Below the pieces are notes generated by a model. It had not been told where the DNA came from. It saw nothing but the letters and a program-made list of their open reading frames with translations, and did not search any database. Made by a program: the position numbers and the translations under genes. From Balanoglossus misakiensis (Eukaryota; Animalia; Hemichordata), in the NCBI GenBank assembly GCA_040954595.2, contig CM082583.2:12250887-12314886 (forward strand): a stretch of 64,000 bases of DNA, given 5' to 3'. Below are positions 13,936 to 27,400 of the stretch, one piece after another. The stretch's first letter is position 1. Each line of letters opens with the position of its first letter.

Positions 13936-16609
13936 GGGAGCAGCAGCTGATAAGAGGACAGACATGAAGCAATTTCCTAAAAATATGAGTAAAATTAAAT
14001 TCTTGATTTGTCTTGAGGGGGGGGGGGGGGGCCTTTGAATTATTAATTTCCCTCTTACATGGATTGATTACGAGTTTCAGAGATTAATTTCCCGAAACGG
14101 CAATAAATATGAAGGTTAAAGGAGTTTCATTTCTGGAAAAAATATGTCCCAGATGTACTGTTAGCGCAATTATAGTAACATGGTCTTTGGGTATTTAGTG
14201 CTATCTTGTAAGCATTCAGCAGTTAATTGAGACGGTCCTTCACACACAAATCGTCACAGAATAAAAGAAAATGAATATGAAAATAAACGTGGCTGAGAAA
14301 GTGTGATGGATTTTTGTCAAGACGCGCCAGTCAATGAAGGCAGACAATGAGGCGAGGAAGTTGGAAAATATGCAGAGATCTGTCCATAGCGGTGTGTGGT
14401 TGCCTTAGCAACACCATGATTGGAGAGCAAACCAGAAAATTAGAAATGAAAATATGACACCACGTGCGTAGAAATAGAATTAACTGTTTCTGGTTGGGAA
14501 TCTGTGAATTCGCCGCATTGCGTTTGTGTCATGGACCGACTTATCATCGAGCTTGTGTGGAGATGTAGACCTTATGAAACCTAAGTGAGTGAGATTTTTT
14601 CCGATCTCCACGTCCGTAATCTCCTTCTGTGCAGTCATTTCGACGTAGGTATCCTTTTGTTTGCTCATATTTACAGATTTAGGAGGTTTTTTGTCGAAAT
14701 AACAGACTTGATTGAAATTTCCCTCGAAGGAAATTTGTTGAACCGGTAGTTTATGCTGTTGTAGAGATAGGTTCATAAAGAACTGATTTTTTTCTCACTC
14801 TAGTGAGCAACGGCAGATTGTTAGAAGGTCCAGGCAGGTTTTGATGAATGATAGATAGTTGTCCACCTGCAGAAGTTGAACATTTTCCAAATGCTTCAGT
14901 TTACATTGAGTATAGCGATGTGTTGGTACAACAGGGCTTCTATCAGGAATTATCGAATTTCACAGGAACTAAGGAACCAAGTCATTTCATAAATTAAAGT
15001 GAGAGAAATATTTACAAAGTGGGAGAATCACTTGTCTTTTGATGAAACAACCAATATCTGTGGTACTCGACAGATTGGAAATGCACCCGTGATTTATGTG
15101 ATATTGTGTCGGTGTGCGTGTTTGGGAGCCGTCTCCAATCAAAGCCTGAAAGCCTGTGGAAATGCAAGATAATGTTGTTTGCGCGAGTTGGCACCAGTGT
15201 AGTGAATGCTTTGTCAACAAATGTTAAACGTTGGCCATTGACTTGGGTGGCAAGCCTTGTGTCCTTTTAGACCGGCCTGTGCCAGATGAGAGAGGGTTGA
15301 TGAAATTGTAGTCGCCATCTCGGCCTTTTTAGGAGGTGTGAAATGACAGCTATATTTTATACGATGCTTTAAAAAGATGTTATAAAAAATGTGGTTCGAG
15401 TTTGTCTCTGCTCTTTTTTTATTGTGACTCACCCACAGATTACTCAACGTGGATGCTGTTATCGAATTAATAAAAAAATGGAGTGGATTTTGATTTGTTG
15501 TGTTTGTACATGTACCTGGATTACTTTGCATTGGTTCGAGTGCAGCTGTCAATAAGTTTATCTGAATTCTTTCTTGATTGGTTTTCTGAATGTTAAGGAA
15601 AATTTACACAGCAACAAAACTCTTCGTCTGGCCGGCTGGTTTCCACTCACCCTCCGGTCGGAGGGTTCATCGCTGGTTAACATGCTCCATTTGTTAGTAC
15701 TCATCCTTCCATCCCGAAATACTGTTCATTATAACATAGACCCTCCTCCAGGGGTTATGATTATGATTAATTTATTCGACACCTTCACACTTCTGACAGA
15801 GGTTGCAGGGTCCTGGATTCGCTGAATGGCGTCAAAACAGACGCAGGCTGGCAAGGGGCAGCCACTGTGACTGACACTCCAGATCCCTTTCATCAGAGGA
15901 GAGAAACTCTCTTTGATTACTTCAGCTGCAGATTCTGATCCCGTTGTAAGCCGCTGTGCGTGGCTGGACGTTCTGAACAATCTGCCATGATGGCAAATCA
16001 AACAGAATGCTGGAAATGTCGATTATTACATTTTTTGGCTGTTGGTGATTTTGTTTACAAACAAGCCGTAACTGCTTGAAGTAATGTTATATATTGAATG
16101 AAAGTCTTGTGAAAATGAATACTCGTACTCGTGAAACAAGTCATTTTATGGTTTCTAATTATGAGTCATCTAAAAGCTGATAGTGTCACCTCGTGTCGTG
16201 AGCATTGTTGACAAGGACTCATGTTTCATAACCAAAGTAATTGCTGAGGGCTGTGTCTGTCTGTAACCAAGTGCATCACGACTGTATTATTATTTTCTGA
16301 CAATTAGTTTTTGACACCTTGAACAAAGCAACTGTTGAGTTGGAAGTACAATTTCCCCCTCACACCAACCGACCGATGTTCGATCAATCAAGTTCTCACC
16401 CTGGCCCAATAACACTTTTGTTCGCTGGACAAGGGGCTAGCTGCAAGGCACCACATAAATTAATACTGACCACTGACAACTCTCAGCCATTAATTATTTG
16501 TGTCTAGGTACATTCGTCTGGTAATAAAGGCGGGTTTGTTCCTGGCCTTATTTTTCTGTAGTCAACACCGCAAGCATGCAAAGAAAAAGGTACACATCAT
16601 TGCCTGGGT

Positions 16610-16698
16610 TTAACCCTTTCACCCCCAGTTCCCTCCTTAGAGGTCCAACTTGACCATAGAAAACAATGGGTTTGGACTGAACCATGGTGGGATAAGGG
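16610..16698. mobile_element. Short MITE-like dispersed repeat (TTAA-CCCT... terminus)
   Basis: It begins TTAACCCTTTCACCCCC and ends GGTGGGATAAGGG, an imperfect terminal inverted repeat. The core ACCATAGAAAACAATGGGTTTGGACTGAA is shared with a second copy at ~13846-13935. Confidence 0.5.
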
Positions 16699-19600
16699 CT
16701 TTTGCACAATATCTATACCAAGAAAGTATTTTGCCCGTTTGTGGGTTTTCAACTTTGATAATTGTCAGAAACCACAATTCCTGAAAACTGAAAGCATCTG
16801 TTTTGTATGTAGCCCTAGTGGTTTTGTACACAGGATTGTTTGCTGGATGGATTGGTATGTACTATGTAGTAAGCCTGTGATTCAAATCTCGTAAAATACA
16901 AGTCGATTATCTGTCGTGTTGCATCCCTAACGAGATGATTCAGATTGGTGCTGATGTGCTTGTGTTTAGCATTTAGAGTTGTGATGTGCCTTAATAGAAA
17001 TGCCACCTGATACCAGATAAAACCATTATTCTTGTCAGCATTCGCGAAGGCCTTCGCACCTCACCTTCGCATCAAATCCTCGTCATGAAATTGAATATGC
17101 AAAATACATGTTGCCAGTGACTTGGGCTTGTGATTTTCTTGAGGTTGTGCGTACTTTGGAAGTTTATCCCAAGGGTTGACTTGTGGTCGTGCTCAAAGAT
17201 GCATTTAGCTTTTCTTTTCTAAGACCAGCACTAAAAGCTTCTGGCCACCTTTTCAGTTCTTAATTACAGAACAACTCGGTACATTTGCCTGATGTTTGCA
17301 ATGACAAAAAAATGGCTGCCAGCTGTTTCTTTGATATTTCAAAAGAATAGATTTTTAGTCGGTCATCATCAGGAATTTACATGTATGCCCTTAGAGTGTT
17401 TTCTTCATAAACTTTTTATCATTTGGAAAAAAAGATCTTTTGCCCTAAAAACCTAATTTCTGGAAAGAAATAAGAGTAGTCAATTATACTGTAGTTATTT
17501 TAGTATTCAGTCAGAGCAGTGGATAATTACATCATCTGCAGTCTGGGAGAAGAATCTGTGAAATCGACACACGTCACGTTTCTGTTATTTTGGACTGAGG
17601 CTGTTTGCGTCTGAGTTAGCATGGAACCTGTGGCTTTGCAGACACTTTGAACAGTATCAGTCAGTGTTACCTTTCATCAAAGCCCAATTCCCGCTCCAAA
17701 CCACAGTGTATTGGCACATAACACTGGTGGCTTTGCCAACATCCCTTATTTTTTCATCAAAGTTGCTCTTAAAATACCTTGAAAAGTGCATTCAATTTCA
17801 CAACTGCAATCGGCTACAAAAAATTGTGCGTGAGTTTTATTGGCGAGCCACAGATGAAATGAGTAATCACGGAAGATTGACAAAGCAGAGCTGAAACGGC
17901 TCAGTATAGATTTGAGAATCTTCAGAATTTTTTGTCAATTTTATGAAATACTAAAATTCTGATTAAGAAAATGTATTAACGGAATAGGCGAACGTAATAA
18001 CACTTGATTTTATTGAACAAAAGGTGCAGTGTAATATAATTGGTGTAAATAAGCTTATATTGTAAAGAGCTTTTCTATTTCTACCGTCAAGGAGGATTTA
18101 CTATGTGTGTATGTACTTTTGTCTTGGGTTTTTAATGTCAGCAAATAAGAAATATGAAAATAATACGGCCCCATCATGGTTATCACGTTATCTGCATTCA
18201 TCAGATGAATATCATTTTTGTATGTGTCTGTCTCAAAATCATCAAAATTTCTTCGTTTTTGTTGTCAGAGAAAAGCTGGGTTGAAGAGAGGGAATTTGCT
18301 CCATATGGTTGTCTGTGGTCGGTAATTTCTCTGCGTTCCAATACTTGTTGGTAATTTCAGCGCGTTATTGCGGTTGGTCTGGGTCTGGCTCGCTTTTATT
18401 CCGCTTGGGAAAAAAATTCTCTATTAAACGGAGTCTCAGCGCGAAAATTATCGTCAGGAATAATGCAAAGCTGCATTAAATTTTGTTTTCAAATTTTGTT
18501 CTGGAATAGAGTGAATCAGGCAATGGCGCTTTTGCGATGAAAAACATGCTGAGCTTGCCTCATTACCCCATTCCACAGAAAAACTAATATCTAGAGCTGT
18601 ATATTTATTTTCTCAAATTTTATTATATTGCATAAATATTGAATGTTAGAAAAAGATATTTACATTAAGAATATTTCAGACATACTGCTTATGATTTTTT
18701 TTTCCTGTCCCAGTTCTTGCATCTAGAAGTGTGTGATAGTTTATGCAAAACACTGGCGTCGTTCATGTATATTGCATGATCACTATACTTTCTAGAGAAT
18801 GGGAGATATAAAAAGGGAAGTGATAAAAAACGCAGTGTGCAGACTGAGTCACTTTCCGCTCTGCAGTACGGTAGTTTAAACATTTTGTAAGTAAGGGTAT
18901 GTAAGTTTTGTATGTAAGTTCTTATATCCATAAATGTATCTGTTCAGTGCAATCAAATGAAAGACTCAAAATGACAAATGGAAGAAAGTTATTGTACAAG
19001 ATGGGCTTAATTCCAGAAATAGATGGAGAGAAAGATTGATTATAACGCATTTGCGAGATTTTCAGCAATTCCATTTATTTCAGCCAATAAAATGTCAATG
19101 AAGTACAATTCTGGATATTAAATTGCGCAGTACACGTGCCATAATTTCAGCGGCTTATCAAATTCAAATCATGAAATATGGTCACACTACATAAAGCCTA
19201 CTTGTGTAAGACTCCTGAATCAAGCATTTTCAAATGTTGCGGGGGCCGTGGAAATTATCTGAACTTTGCGCAAGTCGAGATGTATATATATCACACTGTG
19301 ATGATCACCACGAACTTAACGCAGATGAGGCACTTCATCAAGTTGTAGTTGGGGACCACGGTGTGTATACAGACCCTTCACCACAAAAGGAATATAGCGT
19401 GTCAGTTTTACAGGCACCATAGAGATGGCGTGTATACCTCACTTTGATGCATTGGCCTGGTCGCTAAAAGCGCCTCGAAATAAAAGGGTTTTCGCGCCCA
19501 TAAATCACAAAACGATATTCCAATGAAAAAAAAAGGACACCATATTGCACAATTATGTAATAAATCAGGATGAAAAATCAGTGTGATTGTCTGATGACGG

Positions 19601-21457
19601 CATAGGTGTAATAATTCTTGGGCGCCTTTTGTTGCGTTTCCAGTTGCCGAGTTTAGTTTCGCTTCCAAGGAAGATGTGTGGGTTTTTATTTTGCTGCGTT
19701 TCAATTAATGGTAAGTCAGCTCGTTTTATGCGGCTCCGTCAACGTAAATTTTACGATTTCTGACATTTAAAAAAAAGCTTGCCAGGGTGTGTGTGGGACT
19801 CTGCTGCTACTGCGCCTCCCGCGTGTCGTTCGCGAGCATAAAACCTGATGTAGCAAAACGTTTGTCATAAAAATCAGTTTCCACTGATTTGCTTCCAAAA
19901 TGGAAACAGATATAGAGCCAGCACCCTACTTTGCACATTTTCCCTCCGCCTTTAATAGTCAAAGTCAAGTGTAGAATCTGTTGTCTGATGGGTGTAGTGG
20001 TCTTGTTCCCCCGTGACACCTCAATGACATTTCCAAATGATGGGTAACCCATCCAAAAGGAGCGTTCCATTCCTGACAGGAGGGATGGGAAGGATGCCTC
20101 GGCAACTTCAAAGATTAAGAGTGCATGCCATACACAATAGCGACCCTGATAATAATTTTACATTTTAGCATCAATTATTCAGGGATGCCGACTTTGATTT
20201 TAAGAGAAATGGGGAAAATTCAGAATTTGACATTTCCTACATGTATTATCAATGTCAAGGTTGCAGGCCGGTGACAAGATTTGAAATTGACTTCCATGTT
20301 TGCAGGAAAATGCAGTATAAATCATTTTGACATAATTTGAATATTTACTGTCATTTTCTTCCAATTACATCCTCTCATTAAAGCACATGTGACCTCATAA
20401 AACAGGACAACGAAAAGAGCTTTTAGGTGAATTTTTCCCCAGGGCTGTTGATAACTCACAGATTGCTAGTCATCAAAACTTTGGATTTAGGATTATTGCT
20501 GCTCTTTATTTCTTCCATGGACTAGTCAACTTGATAAGACACTGGGCAAAGACTTTGAAACTGCTTAATGACTTGGCAATAGAAAATAGTTGAGAATGTG
20601 ATCATTGAAAACTTTTCAAATATTGTATATTATCACGTGATAACTTTAACATCCAGTGTTTGGAAAAAAGTTGGTAAGAAACCTTTAAACCATGGATCAG
20701 AGTTTTCTTTCACGTTTGGAACGTAAACAAATGCAATTGTCTAGGGCTTAAGAATTTGTACACAGGATCTCACAACAGCGCCACCTAATAAGAAGAGTTC
20801 AAGAGCGTGCGAGGAAAGATTTTCTTGGAAGTTCTCTCTAATCCATCCCACAGATTTCATCTCGTGGTTTTAAAGTATTTTATGAGAGCCAGACATGAAA
20901 ACATACATGAATTTTACAAAAAAAGCTTATGACCCAAAGATCTGATGGACCTCTCAGACTGAAAAAAGTGTTTGGGGATTAGTCAAGATTCTCGAAATCT
21001 GTTCACACAGTGGGCGTTTAGCAAGACTACTTCTGGATTTGAAGTAGTTGATGTATTAAAAGTTTTTATTTAAATGATGGGAAAAATGTGCATTAAAAGC
21101 AGACTGGCCATTTCTGTAATTAGTGTCAATTTATGCTTCGAAGTGTGTGAATCATGGAACCTTTACTGAGTGGCCTAAGGACCATGTTTATAGATTTTTT
21201 TCACGTCCTGAGATTGTCAAAATTATCAGCTGTTTTTTTTCTGAATGTAAACAGTACAGAAGTTCTTTTAAAGCTTACTTCCCCACCCTCTTAATATTTT
21301 AAATGGATAATTTCCTTTTGAAAAATCGCGGAAAAACGTTAAAAAGGGGAATTTCTGGTCACACCCACTTGTTTTCTTTCGTGAAGAGGTAATTGAATTG
21401 AATCTGTATTTAGACAAGAATTGTTATCAAGAATTATCGGGCGTGGTCTTCTCAAGT

Positions 21458-21458
<1 letters not shown>

Positions 21459-21489
<31 letters not shown>
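21459..21489. repeat. G31 homopolymer
   Basis: Run of 31 G. Shorter G/C runs lie at ~4057, ~14018, ~32978, ~35781, ~51311 and ~53987. Confidence 0.9.
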
Positions 21490-21491
<2 letters not shown>

Positions 21492-24400
21492 GGCCACCTT
21501 AAAAGCCCTTTGCCCTGAATGTGTTTTGCCCTAAAACCTCCTTGAAGCATCAATATTATTATTAAGGATGTAGGAGCAAAAAAAGGACTATGAATGATTA
21601 ACCGCTAGCTGATGACTTGGAGATGAAGGTGAAGAAGCAGTTGTGTGAAAGCGGGCTCAGAAGATTCAGAGACCGATTAGCGCAGAATTAGTTGAATCTT
21701 GTCTCTCAAGGGGTCAGGTGCCATGACCGGTGATTTCAACTGTCGCACCTTCACTTTATGTTGACAGCTGCACCCACACATCGCAGGCTGTGATTGTGAT
21801 GGCCGAAAATTGGTGAGATGATGCGTGCACTGAGACTGTCAAATTGCAGCTCGATTGGCATAGTCTAACACACATGATTGAGGTGATGCGGCTCTCCCAG
21901 TGTCAAGGAGACGTAGAGGATCTTAAAAAAGAGAGAAAATTGTTTGACTGTACAGGTATCTACAGTCAACCCCCTTTCGTAACCCGACCAAATTTCCAAA
22001 TGTGTCCATATTGGTTATTTTTGGGCCAACTCAAGACCTGGGCCTAATCGTGCCAGGGTGAACCCCACAGAAGTGGTGTGACTAATCCTGATACTGTGAT
22101 AGAGTGATAACAAAAAGATGAGATACAGAAGCACAGCAGGATAGCGAACATGAGGCAGAGATCATGTCCAGATACTGGTAATAGTGCTAACTTGATGGGT
22201 GTCATGTTCCAAATGATCCACAGGTTCATGGTCATATGTGGCTTGAACTCCCAGAAGACAAGATAGAATTAAACCTGTAATGTCATCAGTCCTGTTTTGT
22301 GGCAGTAGTACAGTAATTTAGGGGTAATGATACCTGCAAGGGAAGGGTGTTTTTACCTAGGGCATTGACAAGCTAAGGTTGTCAAATTGTACTTTATCCA
22401 CCCCCAAAAACCAAATGGTTCTCCCCTTACCCATCTCCCCTCCCCCCAATCAGCGATGACTCTGCCATCGCTTCTGTTCAGACTCTCCTCTGAGGTCGTT
22501 CAGTATCAAATCTACAAGCAAGAGCTTTAATAGCAAGATTACAGTTTTTCACTGAATTACACTTTACAGTTCTCTCTCTCTCCTAAGAATCCATTTGAAA
22601 TTTTGCGTCAACATCCCTTGCAGTTGTGTCTGGAGTATTTCGCGTGTAATAAGATACGCCCTTGGCGCGTGTAGTTATCGGATGTCTGCTTTGTAACGTT
22701 GGATCACTGCGAGTGGATGTTGCTGCTGATAGATCAGGCTTTTCCTTCCAATTCAGCCAGTTTTGTGTTCGTAGAAAAATATGAAAATGGAAAAAGAGCA
22801 AGTTTTACCAGTGTGTTTCCTTCAAAATCTTGATTCAATGATTGTGCAGTTTTTCTTGCCAGATTTGTAACCAGTGGTTTTCATGATGTGAGGTACTGGG
22901 CCTAATATTAATAACAGTGTTTGCTGTACATGTAGCTAGAAGTGTATTTATAATAGTGTGTAATGGAAGAAACTACCTAAGGGACAGATATATGTGTGAA
23001 AACCATCTTCAAGATATTTATTATAATTGGCTTCTAGAAGTCTGGTATCTTCTTTTGGCTCTGTCTCCGAAAAAGAAATGAATTCTTTTGGCAAAGGCAA
23101 GGATTTAGCCAACAAGATATGAAAGTTAACATTACATTTCTTGCTGTTGATTTTATTGATGGGTTTCAATCCAAAAACAATAGAATGCAAATATGCTATG
23201 GAGGTACTCATTACTGTAATGTGGTTGATGTCCATTTGTGTAGTCAAGCAACCAGCTCTGCCTAAGAAATCTTTGCCTGAAGTGGAGAAATTAGTCTCAG
23301 TCTGTAAATGTTACCATGAGATTTCTTTGGGAGGATTACATCACATCCCGGGCCTCCTGACTGCATTTTTCAATAATGATGTACACTCTGTGTTCATACA
23401 GGATGTATGTTATCTGAATTACATCTTATCTTCCGTAATTCGAAATCTCAATCGTTGGTTTGAGCTTTCTTCCTCTGTGTGTGCATGCGTGAGCGTGTGT
23501 GTACACAAGATGTTTGAGAAAAACCGAAGAAATCTCTGGTTGTTCCAATCAGCGCGTAGGGCACAAACGGGGCAAGACCCTAATATGTAAAAACCCCCAC
23601 TTCAACAAATTGCCGGCGCATGAAAAAATATTGAGGAGTATCGTGAAATGAACAGTGGATGCCGGGCACAATAGAATGCGTTTATATCGAAGAGCTTTTA
23701 TACTCTCTTCTGTCAATATATGATACAGTGTTTTCCTACACATTTGCCTAATGGAAATTTTAACAGCCCAAGGTGTACTGAACCCCGGCTCAGTGTCGGG
23801 TTGTGCGTTGATGGTGGAGGGAGGCAGGAGCCGGCAGATAGGATAGTTGTTACCGTCATCATTGTTGCAGATTCTCATCATCCGCTGTGAGATTCCGGTC
23901 GCCTTGTAAACCTGTGATTAAAAGTGTGAATTTTAGTCCTCTGGTGGGGAATTTGTCAGGCGCCAGTCAGGGGGTTGGATTTGCAGCCAGTGTGACATAC
24001 CTGAAGAAGGTGTTTGTTTCTTCATGTTCTCCATGGTTATGTAACAGCCACTTTACATTGAAACCTCTCACCTATGTCACTTTGTGTGTTCATACCTCTC
24101 CTCGCTCAAGCTGAAAAAAAAGTAGGTGAGTTTGTTAAAATCCTTTCATTTTTGTCATCTCCTAAGTCGTCTTGAAAAAATCCTCAATCGCAAAGAAACA
24201 AAATTCGAGACAGACCTTCAGTGGTATATTAATCACAGGTAGGATTTTGTTTGAGGATTTCAACAAGAGGAACCTTTGCTTATTGCTTCACTGGGAAGTT
24301 GGGATGTTTATCTAGTCATTGAGCAGTGTACACAGCAGGCCTGTGTGGAATGGTGCTAAAATCACTGAGAAGAGAAAGAAAAATGTGGCATCAATAGACT

Positions 24401-27400
24401 GCTTCATCTGCTCTGAATAAAAGAGGGTCAACACTTGGGTCTTTTTTTCGCCGTTAAGCAGGGGTGTAGACATTACGGGACCACTCGTGCTATGCGAACT
24501 TTGTCGTGACTTGGCAATGATAGGAAAGCATTTCTCCTCTCTCACACACGTTGTGCATGAACCCATTCAGTGAAAGAATCATCAAATCTTAGAGCTACTG
24601 TCCTTTGAAGTTGATAAGTTGCTGTGGATTTCCTTTGCAACACTGCTTATTTTCCTTGAAAGCACTCCAGAGATCTGAGCATTGTTTTATTAAAGGGACA
24701 CAGTGTATAGCTCAGATTTTGCCTTTGTGTTCTCCATCACAAATCATGCAGAAACTCTCAAAATGCATGTAATGTCTAGAGATCATGTCTTTGTACAGTT
24801 AGGAAGCAGTGTACCTAATGCTCAATCTGACTGCTGCGTGTTAGCAAACTAATCATAGATACTCCCTGTTTTTCTCTGCAAAAATAGGAATGTAACAAGA
24901 GACGCTGATAGGGACTTATCAGCCGTACCCGTATCCACTTTGTTTCTCGTGTTGGCTGTAAACAGAAATCAAGAAGTGTTTTGTCAGGAATATTAACCGC
25001 CGCCTGTCTGTTCATCCCCCCAGTGAAAGTGTATCTGGGATGGAGATAATGTTCGTCATTGGAGAAGTGGTGTGCGTGCTGGGGTGTTGTACACATGGTG
25101 TAAGCCGTGTGGCCTGTTTTGGCCACTCTGGCTGATACCCGATGCCACATTGCTTGCAAACATTGCAGTGTGTGAGTTATGCTGCCGGTGATATGTCAGT
25201 TTTTAAACACTGGGCATACTTGTTATGCGGTCATCCTCGGTGTCACTCGACGCGGTGCAAACTCTGCTCTGACTGTGAGTGCATTCGCAGCTTGAGGCCG
25301 TGTCCCGCTGACCGCGGCGTTTCCAGAGATGGAGAAGTAAAAAAAAAAGCGGCTGGTTTGCAGTCAGAGGGAATTACAGCCAGCCGCTAATGAGCAGTGC
25401 TCAGTGCTGGACTGAAAACCCCTTCGAATTGAATTCTGCCGACTTGTTGTACACAGATACTGTTACCTTTGATAAGATTATAACGAGAACCAGATTGCGG
25501 TCAGTCGGGCTAGAATTTACAACATCTATCCAGGCATCCTGGTTCGTGCTGAGTCCATGTGAACGTGTTTTCATTAATAGATCTTGACGTGCCGTTTCAC
25601 TGATCTCCATTTACTAATTACAAACACCCAACATAGACGGTCTTAATTTCAGTCCGATGCATTTTTTTCAGGTTTCTATCGCCGATTTTTGCGTCTGTTC
25701 CGACAGCTGAGATAATCCCTTACGTGCTGAAGCACCGAAATTCTTAGCTCCGTCGTAAAGTACGAGGACATTTTTTTCACGTTAGAATCGCTAGCGATTT
25801 CTCCAGATGCTCTTGAGATTTTCTGCCACCCCTCTAAACTTCAGATCTGCATGAAATAAACGTATGCTCGAAATTTCCATTGGTGTGACATCATCATTAG
25901 GGAGGGCTCTATGTTTGAGGTGTTTATTTTTCTTCCCAGTAATTATTCCCACACCATTGCGGTTAGAGCTTCAATTGGGCAGTCTCTCCCCCCTGCACCA
26001 TACTGGAATCATTAGAACCGTTACTGGTGGCCACGGGTTTTTTGGCCTACCCAGGCGAGTGACCTCTTGATGTCGGATACACGTATCGCTCCGTGATCTA
26101 GAGGACAAATTTGCGGAGAATTGAGAAATGTTGTTTTCACCCGGAAGATTTATAGAGCAAGGCCTGGAAGACTGTGTGCTTTCTTCAGCGGAATATTAGT
26201 CTCATAAACTGTCTGAGATAGTTTCCCCGGATCGCTCTTATCATCACCATTCAGTAACTACACATGCCTGCGATAAAGTTGTCGCCGGGATCTCCGAACC
26301 AATGTTTAATGTGTTCTCTGGAAAGGTATGTTAAGCCTGTGTGTCTTTTATATAGTTAAGTCATATGGACTTTTTTCTTCTTCTTTTTTGCATGTGTGTT
26401 TATGTTACAGAAGGGGAAAAGTGAAGGCCTTGGCGGAAGAAATAGAATCTCCGAGTTGTGAGGAAGTTCGGGTGGCTATTTCAGTTCAGTACGATTGTGT
26501 GTTGAAAGCTTTATTATTTATGAGGTCAATAATGAAAGTTGAAGACTTGAAGGCGTCTTTAGCGAGACTGTCTGCAGCTTGTAAACTGTGCGCGGAGGTT
26601 ACCAAGGCTTGAGAAGAGGGGTGTGTGTTTACAACTTCTGCCTCTCATCACGGCCAGCGTCATCACCATCTTTGTGTCGTTCCGTGCTCGGAAAGTTCTC
26701 CAGGGATAATTCACAGATCGTTTAGAGGGTGTGGAAAATGCGCTGTGAGCTATGCCCGGCGGTAATTAATTTCAGATTGCCAGCCCTTCCCGTGGCTGGG
26801 TTTTGCGTCTTCGGGAGTCTTGTGTGGAAGAATGTTTGGCACTTTGGCGCAAAAGTATTTGCTTGTCGGTTTCAAGTGGAGTTCTGATTGTTTTGTGTTT
26901 GAACTGACTGGGCGAGTGTACCAGAAGAAAAAATAAATCAAGGCTCCATAAATATGGTCGTGTTTCTGAGCTCGTTTTTGAGCGTATGATGCTCATAGCT
27001 CTAGGTAGAAATTAAAGTTTGAAAACAAGTAATCTTTGTAGTCAAATAGTATCTCGTATATCAGTGAGAGAGTATATAGAATTCAGTCCTCACTAAATTT
27101 TGTTTTAGTTCTCTCTCTCTCTCTCTCTTCATCAGTTGCAGGGGTGCTTTTATAAGGGTGTTAGGAGCAAAAGAAACGCATTCATAAAACCTGGTCGTAC
27201 AATCGTGCGAAATCACTCTTCATCTTCGAGTTTCCTTCCCTGGAAGTCCGATCTCCATTCAGCTGTCGGCTTTACCCTACCCAGTCCATCTATCCTCGCA
27301 TTTACCCATCTCAAGAAGCGCTTTCCACCAACAAAACAAAAAAGGAAAAGGAAAATCTAATCCCGCAGCTTATTCCGAAACCCATAAAGGGAAACAGAGC

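Noticed and set aside
21459-21489. G31 tract as a functional G-quadruplex
   Set aside because: G/C homopolymers are common throughout the window and their lengths are error-prone in assemblies.
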